From Octopus bimaculoides (taxonomy: Eukaryota), in NCBI RefSeq assembly GCF_001194135.2, contig NC_068981.1:3052710-3116709 (forward strand): a stretch of DNA of 64,000 nt, in the 5' to 3' direction. Below the pieces are notes generated by a model. That model saw nothing but the letters and a program-made list of their open reading frames with translations, did not search any database and had not been told where the DNA came from. Position numbers and translations under genes: made by a program. This document shows positions 50,921-63,923 of the stretch, in pieces (the first letter of the stretch is position 1; each line of letters opens with the position of its first letter).

Positions 50921-51133
50921 AAAAGGCGGTGAGCTGGCAGAATCGTTAGCACACCGGGCGAAATGCTTAGCGGTATTTCGTCTGTCTTTACATTCTGAGT
51001 TCAAATTCCGACTAGGTCCACTTTGCCTTTTATCCTTTCGGGGTTGATAAATTAAGCACCAGTTGCATACTGGGGTCGATCTAATTGGCTGGCATCTTCC
51101 CCAAAAATTTCGGGCCTTGTGCCTAGAGTAAAG
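50921..51133 (+). mobile_element. Young family B SINE with 15-bp TSD, inverted relative to adjacent copy 50695-50905
   Basis: AATATACTAGTATAT at 50906-50920 and 51134-51148. Confidence 0.85.
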
Positions 51134-54100
51134 AATATACTAGTATATATTAACACTAGTATGTGTTATTGGTGGTATGTATGAACACTGGTGCAGATGA
51201 TTATGACTGTTGCTTAGACAGATCTGGCATAACACATGATAGCTTACTAACAATGAACAATGTTTGAGAAGTTAATCAAATACGATGTGATCTTTATCTT
51301 ACAAAGTTTAGAGTTAATGAAGTGAAGGTATAAGTGAAATAGCTTTGAAAACTTGAAGACTAGTGTTTTGGGAGAGAAGAAAGTTCTTCAATGAAGCAGC
51401 CTTTAGTATGAAGGGTTGTATATTAATATTTCATGAGTTAATAATAAAAGGGAAGGGGAGAGGTAACATACAGATAAGGGGACAGCAGAGATGTGGAAGT
51501 TGGTGAATTGGGAGAGTTTTTTAAAACTTATCTAGTTTGAACTGTTCTTGTCGTCTTATCATACTTCAACCTCTCAACACCAGATATAAAGCCAGCTCTC
51601 TCTCTCTCTTTCTACAATACCTCCATCTTTTGTCTTGCAAGTTAATTGACAAACTCACTAGTGCTGGTGCTAAGGAAAAAGCACCTGGTATACTCTAAAG
51701 TGGTAGGCATTAGAAAGGATATCCAGTTACAGAAACCATACTAGAGCTGACTTTAGGGCTTGATGCAGTCCTGTTGAACCATGTAGCGCATGCCAGAAAG
51801 TCATGAAAGACAGACATTAAATGATGATGATGATGAAGATGAATAGGAAAAGAATTCATAGACATTGGGGATCAGTAAGTGGGCCTCACTTATGCATTTC
51901 AGTGAATAAATTTACATCACGCCAATTAGCTTTTATGTTGTATAATCAAAGTTAGTGAGTAGAGATAGTGTTGTGATCCCACATATGAGTACAATATTCC
52001 ACTGTGAGACAAATTAGTGAAATATCAACAACTATCTGTTGACCCTGATGAGAAAACCAAGTTTCTTTGTACAAGAGCTGATTATCAGAAGTGGCAGTAT
52101 AGTGGAGTTCTTTGAAATAATTCACATTTGTATTTTTATATTAAACCTTAGCCAGACAGATCCCCTGTGTATCTTATGACATAAAATATAACAATCATAT
52201 GGTTGTTTATATATTGGTGTGAATTACATATTTTGTACTACTATCTCTTCCTTGATGTTTACCCTTCACTGAACCTACTTCACATATATCAAATCTAAGA
52301 AATGTAAAAATGCTTTGGTTGATATCCATGACTTTAATCACCACCAAACAAACATCATCCATTTTCATTAGTCACTTTTCCCGAGCATTGTCGAATGTTT
52401 CTTAAAACTAACTCCTTCCATGGCCATCATCATCATCGTCGTCGTCATCGTTTAACGTCTGCTTTTCATGCTGGCATGGGTTGGACAGTTTGACCGAGGA
52501 CTGGCGAGCCAGAAGGCTGCACCAGGCTTCAATCTGATCTGACAAAGTTTCTACAGCTGGATGCCTTTCCTAATGCCAACCAATCCAAGACTGCAGTGGG
52601 TGCTTTTTATGTGCCACCAGCACAAGGGCCAGTCAGGCGGTACTGGCAACAACCACACTCGAATGTTGTTTTTCACGTGCCAGTAAGGTGACGCTGGCAA
52701 TGATCACGCTCGAAAGGTGCTTTTTACATGCCACCAGCAGGGGAGTCAGTGGCCCTGACAACAATCATGCTCAGATGGTGCTTTTAATGTTCCACTACAC
52801 TCAAATTCTCAACCGATTCCTATCCGACCAATGCTAGTCTTTCACCTTTATAACTCAATTCTCACTATCATGTAACATGTTTCTGATATACACATCTTAA
52901 TCTTTTATGATGATGATGATGATCACCATCATCATTTAAAGTCCATTTTCCATGCCAGCTTGGGTTGGACGATTTTACAGAATCCAGTGAATTATGTGTC
53001 TTGTTCCAACATTTGCTTTGGCATGATTTTTATGGCTGGATGCCCTTCCTAACATCAACGACTTTACAGAATGTTCTGGGTACCATTTTTGTGGCACAAG
53101 CACTGGTGAGGTTGTTATGTAGCTCACAGGACTGCCTTTGACTGAGCGAAGGCTACAGTTGAGAAGGAGTTAGTTTCAAGACGATGATGGGGGTTAAATG
53201 TATGAAGAAAGGGGTCAGAACAGGTTTTCTTACTGTACAGGAGATACATGGCTGCTCAATAAAAGATTGTCAGAGTTTTGGAGTAAATGTCTCCCGAAGT
53301 TTCATGCCCCATGGGGAAGGGAAGCGGGTACGGAAGGGAGGGGCAAAAACGTAAACAATTGAAATTTTTGACAAAACAGAATAAAAAAAAACAATTTTCC
53401 GAATTGTAATTTACACATTGGACTTAGGTCTGTCGTGAGCCAGAGCTTAACTCTGTGACTGAAATTACAACACTGCACTGAACAGGATGTCAGACGTTCA
53501 CGGGGTTAACTTCCTAGTTATTGCAGGAACTCATTTACACCCGACTAAACTGGGGTAACGTGAACTGAAGTGTTTTGCTTTAAAAACACAACGCACCACC
53601 CGTCTTCGAATCGAAACTACGATTTGATGATGTGAATGCAACACCGTAACCACTAGGCCACGCGCCTTCACATATTAAACACAGTAATACTAAAAAATGA
53701 AATACAAAGAAACCCTTTTCCCAGGAAGTTCCATAGGACAGCTATTCTAGAACTCTGCCGAGAGATTAATATCTTATCTTTAGAAGAAAAGTCCTAAACT
53801 TATTCCAAACCTGAAGATTTTTATTCCAAGATATTGTCGTCCACTTCCAATAATTGATTAGATTAGAGAATTACTATAACTTTTGATTAATTTTTTCCCT
53901 CTCAGCAGTTCACATATCTTAATTCTTGAAACAATAAACCCAGAATGAATTTAAGAACACAGAATGGACAAAACTGGATGAACTTGGGAATTTTCATATG
54001 CTAACATCCGAATCGTTTTACTGAATTTGTCGAAGAGCTGCAGGAATAATTACGAATTCAGAAAAATAGGCTAAATGCCAAACGACTAAAGGTAAACAGA

Positions 54101-55888
54101 GAAAAAAAATAGAAATCCAAATTAATAATAGTGAGCACGAAATAGCAGTGCCATTTGATAAGTGGCTTTGTTCAATATCAAGAGAGCGAATGTGTAAGAA
54201 GACCTGATTAATGTTTACTCGGTTAAAACAATGGATAGAACTAAAGCGAAAGAAAATTTCTGGCAAATTGACAAAGAACCAAAACTTTAGATGTGCTGGA
54301 TTAAGATTAAGTCATTATCCGGAGCAAGCAAGTGTATTAGGTAGTCGTTTCAATGGTTTGGTTATCTTATTCATAAATTAAAAAACAAAAACAAAATCAA
54401 TATGCCATGTCGAAAACATAAACACGTTTCCTTTTGTTCTGTCGCAAGAATTACTCAAGCGAAATGGAAAATAATGTTTTTGTTTCTGTTCGTTTTGAAT
54501 TTGAATTACAGACTAAAATCGTTTGATATTAGAGTAATTTAATATGACTTTTTCGACTAAGGAACATGAAAGACACGTTGTATTATGGTTTTCATATTGC
54601 GTGCCAAATGGTTGCATGGCTGGAAACAAAGTTAGATCATTGAATACTCTATTACCAGATAGTTGTTTAAAGACCTATGCTGATGTAACCGTATTTACGA
54701 TATACAAAATGGTAAAACAACGAAATATTGTAAGATACGGAGTTTATTAATAGAATGTATTTACTAACAAAGAAGGAAGTGGTTTGTCCTAACAGCATGT
54801 TATATGAATGTCTTCAGTAGCAAGTGTGGTTGTTTTCATTTCAGTTAAATCATGTGGAAGATCAGTAAAACAGGGTTTTCACACGGAAATTAAGTAACAA
54901 ATATACTCATGAATAAAAACTATAGAAAGAGGGTTCCTTGCACATGAACGAACAAATAAATTTGTAAAGAAAATGAAGGGTGATGGTGCTCATGCCTCTC
55001 CTATGTTGTTAATAATATACATAAAAATTTCCAGCTGAATATCTTGAGAATCTTTGATGAGAAAAGCCGATTGTAAACTAAGTGTGGAATAATCGTGAGT
55101 TAATATTCCTAATTAATAACAAAATATAGTTTAGATATAACCAAATATCGTAACTAGTAAGGATAAGAATAAATCTATTCGATAAAGATTAAACATTTAA
55201 GTACCTCTGTTATTTTTTTTATATTTCTTATTGAGTCAATGATTTTTCCGGTCATTGCCAAATCTAATTAATGAATTTATAGTTTAGAAACATCGAAACA
55301 TTCTTGCTATTTGCCAATTACTCCCACAAATCAGAATTATCAATTTAGTCATCGGACCACAGCGATACAAAGAAGTGAAACTAGACATGAGACAAGAAAA
55401 AAAAAAAACTTTTAAGATCGATAAAGAAGAATACAATTTTGTTTTCATTTAATTAACAAACAATATGATAATTAAAACAATTTCAGTAATAAGGCGATTA
55501 AAGTATACGCTTATGCAAACACTATAGACCCGTGTATATATAATAAACATACATGGATGTATAAGTAATCAGGAAACAATCGGCTACTACCGTTTACGAT
55601 GATCATTTAATAAATAAATATTACATAATCTACATATTTTTCCAAAATTTGCTGTAAATATTGAAAATGTAAAAACGATTTTCGATTTTCTTCTAAGGCT
55701 TCATTTGTTTCTATTCTTCAATGATATAAACATTTCAAACATCTTTTTAATAACTAACGTAGCTCCATAATTTTTTTTCCTCTTTGTTCTGGCAACAACT
55801 TTGAATAATAAACCTATTATGTATGTTATGAAATAAATAATTCATCCTATGTATGATATATATTAAATTAAAAATACACAATCAGGAC

Positions 55889-55937
<49 letters not shown>

Positions 55938-55980
55938 TGTGTGTGTAAGTATGTAATTATGTATGTGTGGGTATGTGTAT

Positions 55981-56043
<63 letters not shown>

Positions 56044-56664
56044 ACACACGACAAACTTAAAAGAGACGAAGCGAAACGTTTACCTTTTTGTCTCCGTTTC
56101 ATCATTTGCTTTTATCGGGTACAGTCCAGGTGAGAAATAAAAAAACAGAGACAAGAACCAAAAAGGGAGCAATTTAAGTAAGACTATCAGAGGAAGTCAG
56201 TAAATGCCTAAAATATTGACCCCACGATGTTAATAACATTAATACACACACACCTGCCAGTCACAGCGATGGACCATCAGGATAAAGTTTACATTTTACA
56301 GCAAGATATTCGACAATACATGGCGTAGTTTTTTTTTTAATTCAATTAAACTTCTTAATATATTTCCTCCCCGCTTTAAAAAACTAATTAAAAATGAAAT
56401 TATATTTATTAATTCGGAATATAATTGGACTCTAAGTCAAAGTGTTTATCTTTGTCTTATTTTGACATTTAACTTGGCAAATTATGGTGAAGGTAATTGA
56501 TTCCCGTCAACAGCCGAGTTTGGGTTGATATCATCCAATCATAACATTTTAGAGAAATAAGCTAAAAATAACTGTGAAGTAAGTCAACAGATACGGATAT
56601 CAATAAAGTTTAACTGAAATAACTTTCGATACGAATTTAAGCGACTTATCATGGAAAGTTAGTT

Positions 56665-56678
56665 GTTTCTATGGCAAC
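56665..56678 (+). promoter_or_regulatory. RFX X-box motif GTTTCTATGGCAAC
   Basis: Exact fit to the GTHNYY-AT-RRNAAC consensus, in non-repetitive, relatively CpG-rich DNA upstream of UBE3B. Confidence 0.45.
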
Positions 56679-57894
56679 AGTAGATAATTTTTAAGATTAT
56701 AATAGGGGGTTGCAAATTAGGTGGGGATTTGGTGTGAAAGGAACCTTAGTCGTGTTACGTAATCACGTCTGCAGATTAACGTGTCACAAGGAGAGACTAT
56801 GTGACTGGTGCTAGCTGAGGCTAGGACCATATTCCGTTAATAGCAATATATTCCGAAGACGGTCCGATATGAAGGCTTCTTATGGAATAGGTCGGTCTAA
56901 CAACTAAATTTGATTTTTCGTATCTTTTGACATGACAAATGACACACAAAAGAAAAAAGAAATTATTATTATGTTATATTTCATACATAAAAAAAACGAA
57001 TATATATATATGTGTGTGAAAAATGTTATTCTTTTTTTTTTCTTTTTAAATAAGAACGGGGAAGTTGAATGGAAAGATCCCAATACTATCTAATGTGAAT
57101 GGAATGCAAAAAAGTGGGATACGGAACTTGACTGATAAAAGAACAAAACAAGAAGACAAAGGAATTTCCAGTCTCTACATCATCTCTAATCAGTTTATAA
57201 GTAAGCAAAGGAATGCGGGATATTATGCCGTTATTATTAAGTTTCCTTCTGTTATAATTCCATTCGCATCTTGAGTGTCCTATCGGAATATGTTAATCTT
57301 TTGTGTGCACCTTCTGTCTACTTATTCAGTTTGACTTCCTAGTTGTCAGGTCTTTATAGAAGGTGATATATTCAGTCGTAATCCACGGGTCAGCGGTTAT
57401 AGCTACGTACTGCCTTTAGTCAATCTTTGGTTGCATGATTATAACTTATTTTTGTCAGCGTTTTGTTATTGCTATTAGGCACGCTATTCAGGAATGCTAA
57501 CTGTTCAGGTATTGTATGTCACGTTGTGTTTCCAGTATTTTTTATAGTCTACAGGCAGGATCGACGCAACTCATGGGACAAACTAGGAAATTGCCTCTGG
57601 AACTAAAATCTGAAGGCGCTGTACTAATTCTAAACAATTTACGCAAAATTTCTTAATCCAACTAAAATGACGAAATCTCAGTAATGAAAGAAATCAGGTG
57701 AGGAATCACTTCTGGAAGAAAGGACGGAGAACGGGCTGAGTTAGACAGGGCTTAACATTCAAAAATTTTCCAGATAACAAATGATTTATCAGTGATATGT
57801 ATGATTCTGTTTCTATAGATTATTGGGACCGAATTAATAATTTGTCAGCTTGTGTAAAGAGGGGGATGACTAGAGAAAATTGTTAAAGGGACGT

Positions 57895-58220
57895 AAATTG
57901 TCGGGCTGGGAAAAGGGTACATACATTGTAGGGTTAGGAACGCGCATTGTAGACGGAAAAAATGTGCTCACATTGTAAGGCTAGGAGAAGAGGGTGCACA
58001 CATTGTAGAACTGGGAGAAAGGGTGCACACATTGTAGGGTTGGGTGAAGGGGCATGCATCGTTGGGCTGGGAGAAAGGCACATATTGTAGGGATAGGAGG
58101 AGCACACTGTAGGGCTAGGTGAAGAAGTACACACTGTAAAGATGGGTGAAGGATCACACATTGTAGGAGTGGGAGGATAGACATTCATTGTAGGAGTAGG
58201 AGAAGGGTTATAGTGTAAGG
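57895..58220. repeat. Degenerate ~28-30 bp minisatellite (CACATTGTAGGGCTGGGAGAAAGGGTG)
   Basis: About ten imperfect units each containing CA(C/T)TGTA. Confidence 0.8.
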
Positions 58221-59559
58221 ATAGCTTTAGATACTGAATATTCTGGTATCAACCCTATCTACAGTTAGGATATTCTGCAATTTTTTTGTCCATGGTATTG
58301 CTAAGACTTTAGCATATCTTACCTTTTCTAAGGAAAGGAACCATTCAGCTGCCATTCTGTCTTTTGGTATTCCTATCTCTGTAGGTGATGTATTTAACAT
58401 GAGGTTTTTGTATTGATCCCAGCTTGTGATGTTTTTCTTTGGACATGGCTTTAAAACAATGAATTTTGATTTGATTTAGCAAATAGTAATTGATTATTTG
58501 GAGTGTCTGGATCCAAGACTCATGCAGAAGTAGAGTACATAAAACATTAGCTGTTAAAAGCTTAAGAAGAATATGCAGAATTTTCAAGTGATTCAAACCA
58601 GAGGCTTGAATTTTCATAGTTTGTCTTGAGCCTTGGGTCTCCTAAGGTCAAAATTTAACCCACTTTCCATAGCAGATAAGTAACTGAGATTACAACTCTT
58701 CCCTTGGATGGGATGCCAGACAATCACAGGGTCAACTTCCTGTCTATTGCTAGAACTCATTTATAGCTGACCAGACTGGAGCAATGTGAAATGAAGTGTT
58801 TTAATTCAGAGCACAACACACCACCTGGTCTGGGAGTTGAAACCATGATCTTATGATCATGAGTGGAACATCCTAACCACTTGGCAATTCTTTACACCTT
58901 CATTCTTGAATTTTTTATGAAACCTTAACCTGTTTGGTACTAGCCTGGCTGAAACCGCCTCTGACTCTGTAGTACAAATGTTTTGTTTTCATAAGTTTTG
59001 AAATAAAACCTTAGTCACAATTTATGTTCCTAACACTAGCTTAATGATAACTAAGTTATTGTACTAAATTCTTCATTATATTTAAAATTAACTGAAAGAA
59101 ACACAGAACATCTCAAAAGAAATACGGTAATGAAAGGGTTAAATGCTTTTTGGTTTGGTTTTCCTGCTGAATTTTTAATGTTGTTGAAATTAGCAGTGGA
59201 GACCCTTCTATCATTTGCCACAGCATAATTGTGCAAATCAGTATTTTCAGTGTTGACTGGAACTAAAACAAAAATCTCTCCGTTGATATTGCCTTGAGAC
59301 CAGCTTTCACAAACAATAAACTGAGATTTAGTATTTACAAAAAATAAAATTGTATCTTTTATCTTTTACTTGTTTCATTCATGACACTGTAGCCATTCTG
59401 GGACACCATCCTAAAGAATTTTAGTCAAACAAATTGACCCCTGTTCATATTTTTTAAAAGCATGGTACTTATGCTATCAACCTCTTAGTTACGGGGATAT
59501 AAACACACCAACACTGGTTATAAAGTGGTGACAGAGGACAAGACACACACAGCAGAGGG

Positions 59560-59720
59560 GAGGTGATTTCTTGAGGCAAATTGTTTATGTATAACATGAA
59601 TAGCAAGGGACTTAGTACAGAACCCTGTGACAGTCTCAATGTTATAGAGATTCCTGATAAGTTATTGAGTGTCAGGTCATTTAAAAATGATTTGCTGTTC
59701 AAAATAATCCTGTAAACGAG
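59560..59720 (-). mobile_element. LINE reverse transcriptase remnant
   Basis: LSQGSVLSPLLFMLYINNLP motif in ORF 59469-59702. Confidence 0.7.
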
Positions 59721-60342
59721 TACTACCTATTTAACGGTCAAGCCATCAGTGACTAAAGTGGCAACACCATTCTAGGGTCCCACCCTGGTGTGTAGAGGGT
59801 GGCAAAAGACCAGTACCTGTCTACAAGAATGGATGAATTCAACAAGGCATTAGTCATCCATCAAACCTATTGGTTGAAGGGAACCTTATTAAGGGTTTTC
59901 AGTTTAGCATTGCTGACTCTTTTGATAAAACCCTTCACCCTGCTATTTCACCTGACATAGTATCCTTGACTTTCCTTTGAACCCAAACAAGAGAAACCTT
60001 TTGATAAGTATGAGAACTATCGAGAATGGTTTAAATCATCTTAACTTTCACCGTTGGAAACAAGAGACATAAGCCATTACTTCTTTAGCGGCACCATTCA
60101 CTGTTACTTGAACAGGATACTCTTACTCTTACTTGTTTCAGTCATTTGACTGCGGCCATGCTGGAGCACCGCCTTTAGTCAAGCAAATCGACTCTAGGAC
60201 TTATACTTTGTAAGCCTAGTACTTATTCTGTCGGTCTCTTTTGCCGAACCGCTAAGTTACAGGAACGTAAACACACCAGCATCGGTTGTCAAGTGATGTT
60301 GGGGGGACAAACACAGACACACAAACCTATACACACATATGT

Positions 60343-60425
<83 letters not shown>

Positions 60426-63400
60426 CATATATATGATGGGCTTCTTTCAGTTTCTGTCTACCAAATCCACTCACAAGGCTTTGGTCGGCCCAAGGCTATA
60501 GTAGGAGACACTTGCCCAGGGCGCCACACAGTGGGACTGAACCCAGAACCATGTGGTTTGTAAGCAAGCTACTTACCACACAGCCACTCCTACACCTGGA
60601 TGTGAAAAAAAAAAACTCTCACAGATTCACCAGAATGATCGTTATTAACCTTAATTTGGAAATAAAGGCTCCAAGTTCAAATCTTGTCTAGTATAGTGTA
60701 CACAACCCAAAAATAAGATATTTAACGATACCAGAGACTCTTGTAATCTCTCAGCTGCTTATACGCCATGGAATGTAAGATAAGCTCTGACCTTATGAGC
60801 CTGAAAGTTCCTGATAAACTCATTTACCCTATTTCTTTTATCTATCCTAACACATTATATTTTTGTATTTGGTTGGCAAGATCTTTCATGTGAGCTGAAA
60901 TAGATTTTCTTGTACCTTGGGAGGGTCATTATGCCACTAATAAATATATTTGCTGGTTCTGTTTCACTTCTTTTATTATTATTGTTAGTCACTTGGTTAA
61001 CTATTTAACCAATTAACTAATTGATTGTTCGATCAATCAGTCAATAAGCTGGGTTTGTCAAAATACTTTTCTTGCTATTTATGACCTCATCAATGACATG
61101 CTCTCTCTACTCCAGGTCTGCTTCCCAATGTACAACAAAAACACATAAAATACTTTCTCTAAAGATCAATCATAAGATTCTTAATGTTTATCTTCCATTT
61201 CAAAGGTTACATACAACTTGCAAGATGTTTCATCAGGAAAACGGCATCACTGCTTCCAGAAACATTAGAATTTTTGGTGTATTAATATATTTGATAATAA
61301 TATATATTCAAACAAAATCCTGGTCTTTTAAAGTTCATCATCATCGTTTAGCAATTAGAAAACATTGTGGGAGGGTTTCCATTAGAATTCGAACCTGGAT
61401 TCTTTTAATAGATGACAAAAGAGGATATTTCCAGCTGAGTAATGGCATCATGAAAAATCTAACCAATGATGCCCATCAACTTCACATCAAATTCTTTCAT
61501 TGGTGTCAGCAAAACATTCAAACAAATCCCAAATCATTGACTGAAAATCAGTCAAGCTTTAATTAAGCCAATCACCATTTATAAGAAGAGTAACAAAGAA
61601 CATACAGATCTCAAATGGACATACTCATAGACAGAGAAGGACAGGGGGACAGGGGAGAGATGCAGCCATGTGTTAAGTTAGACTAAGTTCAATATCAGTA
61701 GTTTCACAATAGACTGGTCAACATGAACATTCTGCCACATCCAATGACTAGATTACTACTAACTTAATGATCTCCCATTAGCAGGGGGCACTTGTATTTA
61801 TTCACTCCCTCTCTTTCTTTCCTTCTTTCTTTTTCATTCACACACCATCACAAAGATATCCAACTAAATTACTGGGGCAAGTGCAACATTCTTATACAGA
61901 ATTAAACCACAAAGTTTAATCTCATTTTTCAGACATGTTGTATTTTCAATTATTAACAATAAAACCAATGACAAATTTACTCTTGATGACAACTCTTTGT
62001 TTTTGTTTGTTTGTTTGTTTTTTTACTGGATCTTATCATTGTCAAATTAATCTTATTGTTTGAAAGATAATTAAAATGCAATAAAAGCTATTAATGAATT
62101 GATTGTTAATGAGCAATCCATAATAGTTAACACAACAAAAAAATATGTGAAAGTTTTGAAACTTTGATGTTTATTTGGTTAAAAAGCAGTGCCATAATAT
62201 ATGCATATCATTAGATATATTTGTGAGTGTGTGTATACTTGATTCACAAAATAAATTTAAGTTAGTGATGAAGGGATCTAGGGATGCCTACTGCATCAAA
62301 GACAAATAGTGAAATACATTCTAACATACTTAATGTACTGTAAAATGAATTATTGATTAATTGCAATTACACAAGTAGTAACAAGAGAAAGATCATTAAT
62401 TCTAGCCATGGAAGGCAGGGGAGACAACTCTGGGATACCATCAGCTTTTGGAAATATTCTGAGAAGTTTTGAAAGGAAGCTAAATTGCTCAACGCATATA
62501 GCTCTTACACTCATGTTTTTAAACTTATATTCAAAAGAGTTTCTTCACATTCAAGTTCTGTTAACAAGAAGTTCCAGAATTCATCAAGAAAGATTTTCCA
62601 TTGGATGGATACCCTTTTTGTTGTTAACACTCAACTCTTTCCAAGCAAGGTAATATTTCCCCTGACCATACACATTCCCATGGACGATTGGAAATCAAGG
62701 ATACTGCTTATATGACGGTGATGCTCATTTACATACAGCTATTGCATAATATCAAGACAAGGCACAAACCTCACACACACACACAATGTATTTCTTTCAG
62801 TTTCTACCAACTAAATCCATTTACTAGGCATTTGTTGGCCCAACATAGAACTGAACTTGAAACCACGAGGTTGAAAAACAAACTTCTTAACCCATAGCTA
62901 TGCCTACACCAAAGTATTGTCTTCATCTCTTTAAGAATAAATCAATCATTGTTGCTTATGACTTCCAGCAGGAAATTGCACAGCTTACTATGAAAGCTGA
63001 GGTCAAACAATTGACCTGTCCTTGCTAGAGACAGTTAATATAACTTGCTTTAAATAGCTTCTCATAGAACACAAAATGGATATTCCATTTTTAATTGAGT
63101 TCTCCTCACATCCAGCTTAATTTTGCTCATCAAAAGCTGAATACATTTCTTTAAAACATTGTTGTACATTGCAATGTCAGTAGAAGTACAGGCTTCTTGT
63201 AGAAGACATCATGACAAATGTATCAAAATTTGTGTTTCTGTACCAAGCTTTCTCTTTCTCTATCTCTTTCACACACTCTAACACACACACGCAGGCGCAA
63301 CTGTGGTTAAGAAGCTTGCTTCCTAACTCTATGGTCTCAAGTTCAATCTCTCAGCTTGGCACGTGAAGCAAATACCTTTGTCTTCTACTATAGCCCTAGG

Positions 63401-63673
63401 AAGACCAAAGACTTATGAGAGGATTTGGAAGGCAGAAATTAGAAGAAGCCTATCACACACACACACACATATATATATTATATATATATATACAGACTAT
63501 ATATATATTTGTATGTGTGTGTGTATATATATATATATATAATTACAAATTAAAAGGGTAAAGATTTATCAATTTATTAATTTATTAATAAATCAACAAT
63601 TAATAATTTTTACCAAGCCCTTCGGTATGTAAGCACCATTATCGGTGGAGAACCTATTTAAAAGTTCCCATAC

Positions 63674-63923
63674 ATTTATAAACATAATTAAGGGATCAGC
63701 AAGAATTTGCTTCACCATATACCGAAGTTCAGAAATAGCAGCTAAAAAAGCTGAGACTCCAACAGATAGCATTACTTGTAACTCACAAAGGCAAAAACAA
63801 GAAGAAAAAACAATGAAAACTAACCATTTAAACTTTAAAGTCTCAGCTTTTTTAGCTGCTATTTCTGAACTTCGGTATATGGTGAAGCAAATGCTTGCTG
63901 ATCCCTTAATTATGTTTATAAAT
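63674..63923. repeat. 85-bp near-perfect inverted repeat (63674-63758 / 63839-63923), probable Penelope-like terminus
   Basis: ATTTATAAACATAATTAAGGGATCAGCAAG..GCTAAAAAAGCTGAGACT and reverse complement with one mismatch. Confidence 0.8.

Noticed and set aside
50921-51010. tRNA-like sequences (also in the family C and D heads)
   Set aside because: They are SINE heads with A/B-box-like motifs followed by SINE bodies; no complete cloverleaf seen.
52018-52050. CTGATGA followed by a GAAA/TTTC stem (also CTGATGA at 3788, 11155, 33694, 35991, 49047)
   Set aside because: No correctly placed GAAA box or stems I/III; not hammerheads.
53900-54300. Possible plus-strand coding exon ending AAG|GTAAAC at ~54092
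   Set aside because: Stops in all three frames upstream and no recognisable peptide; unsupported.
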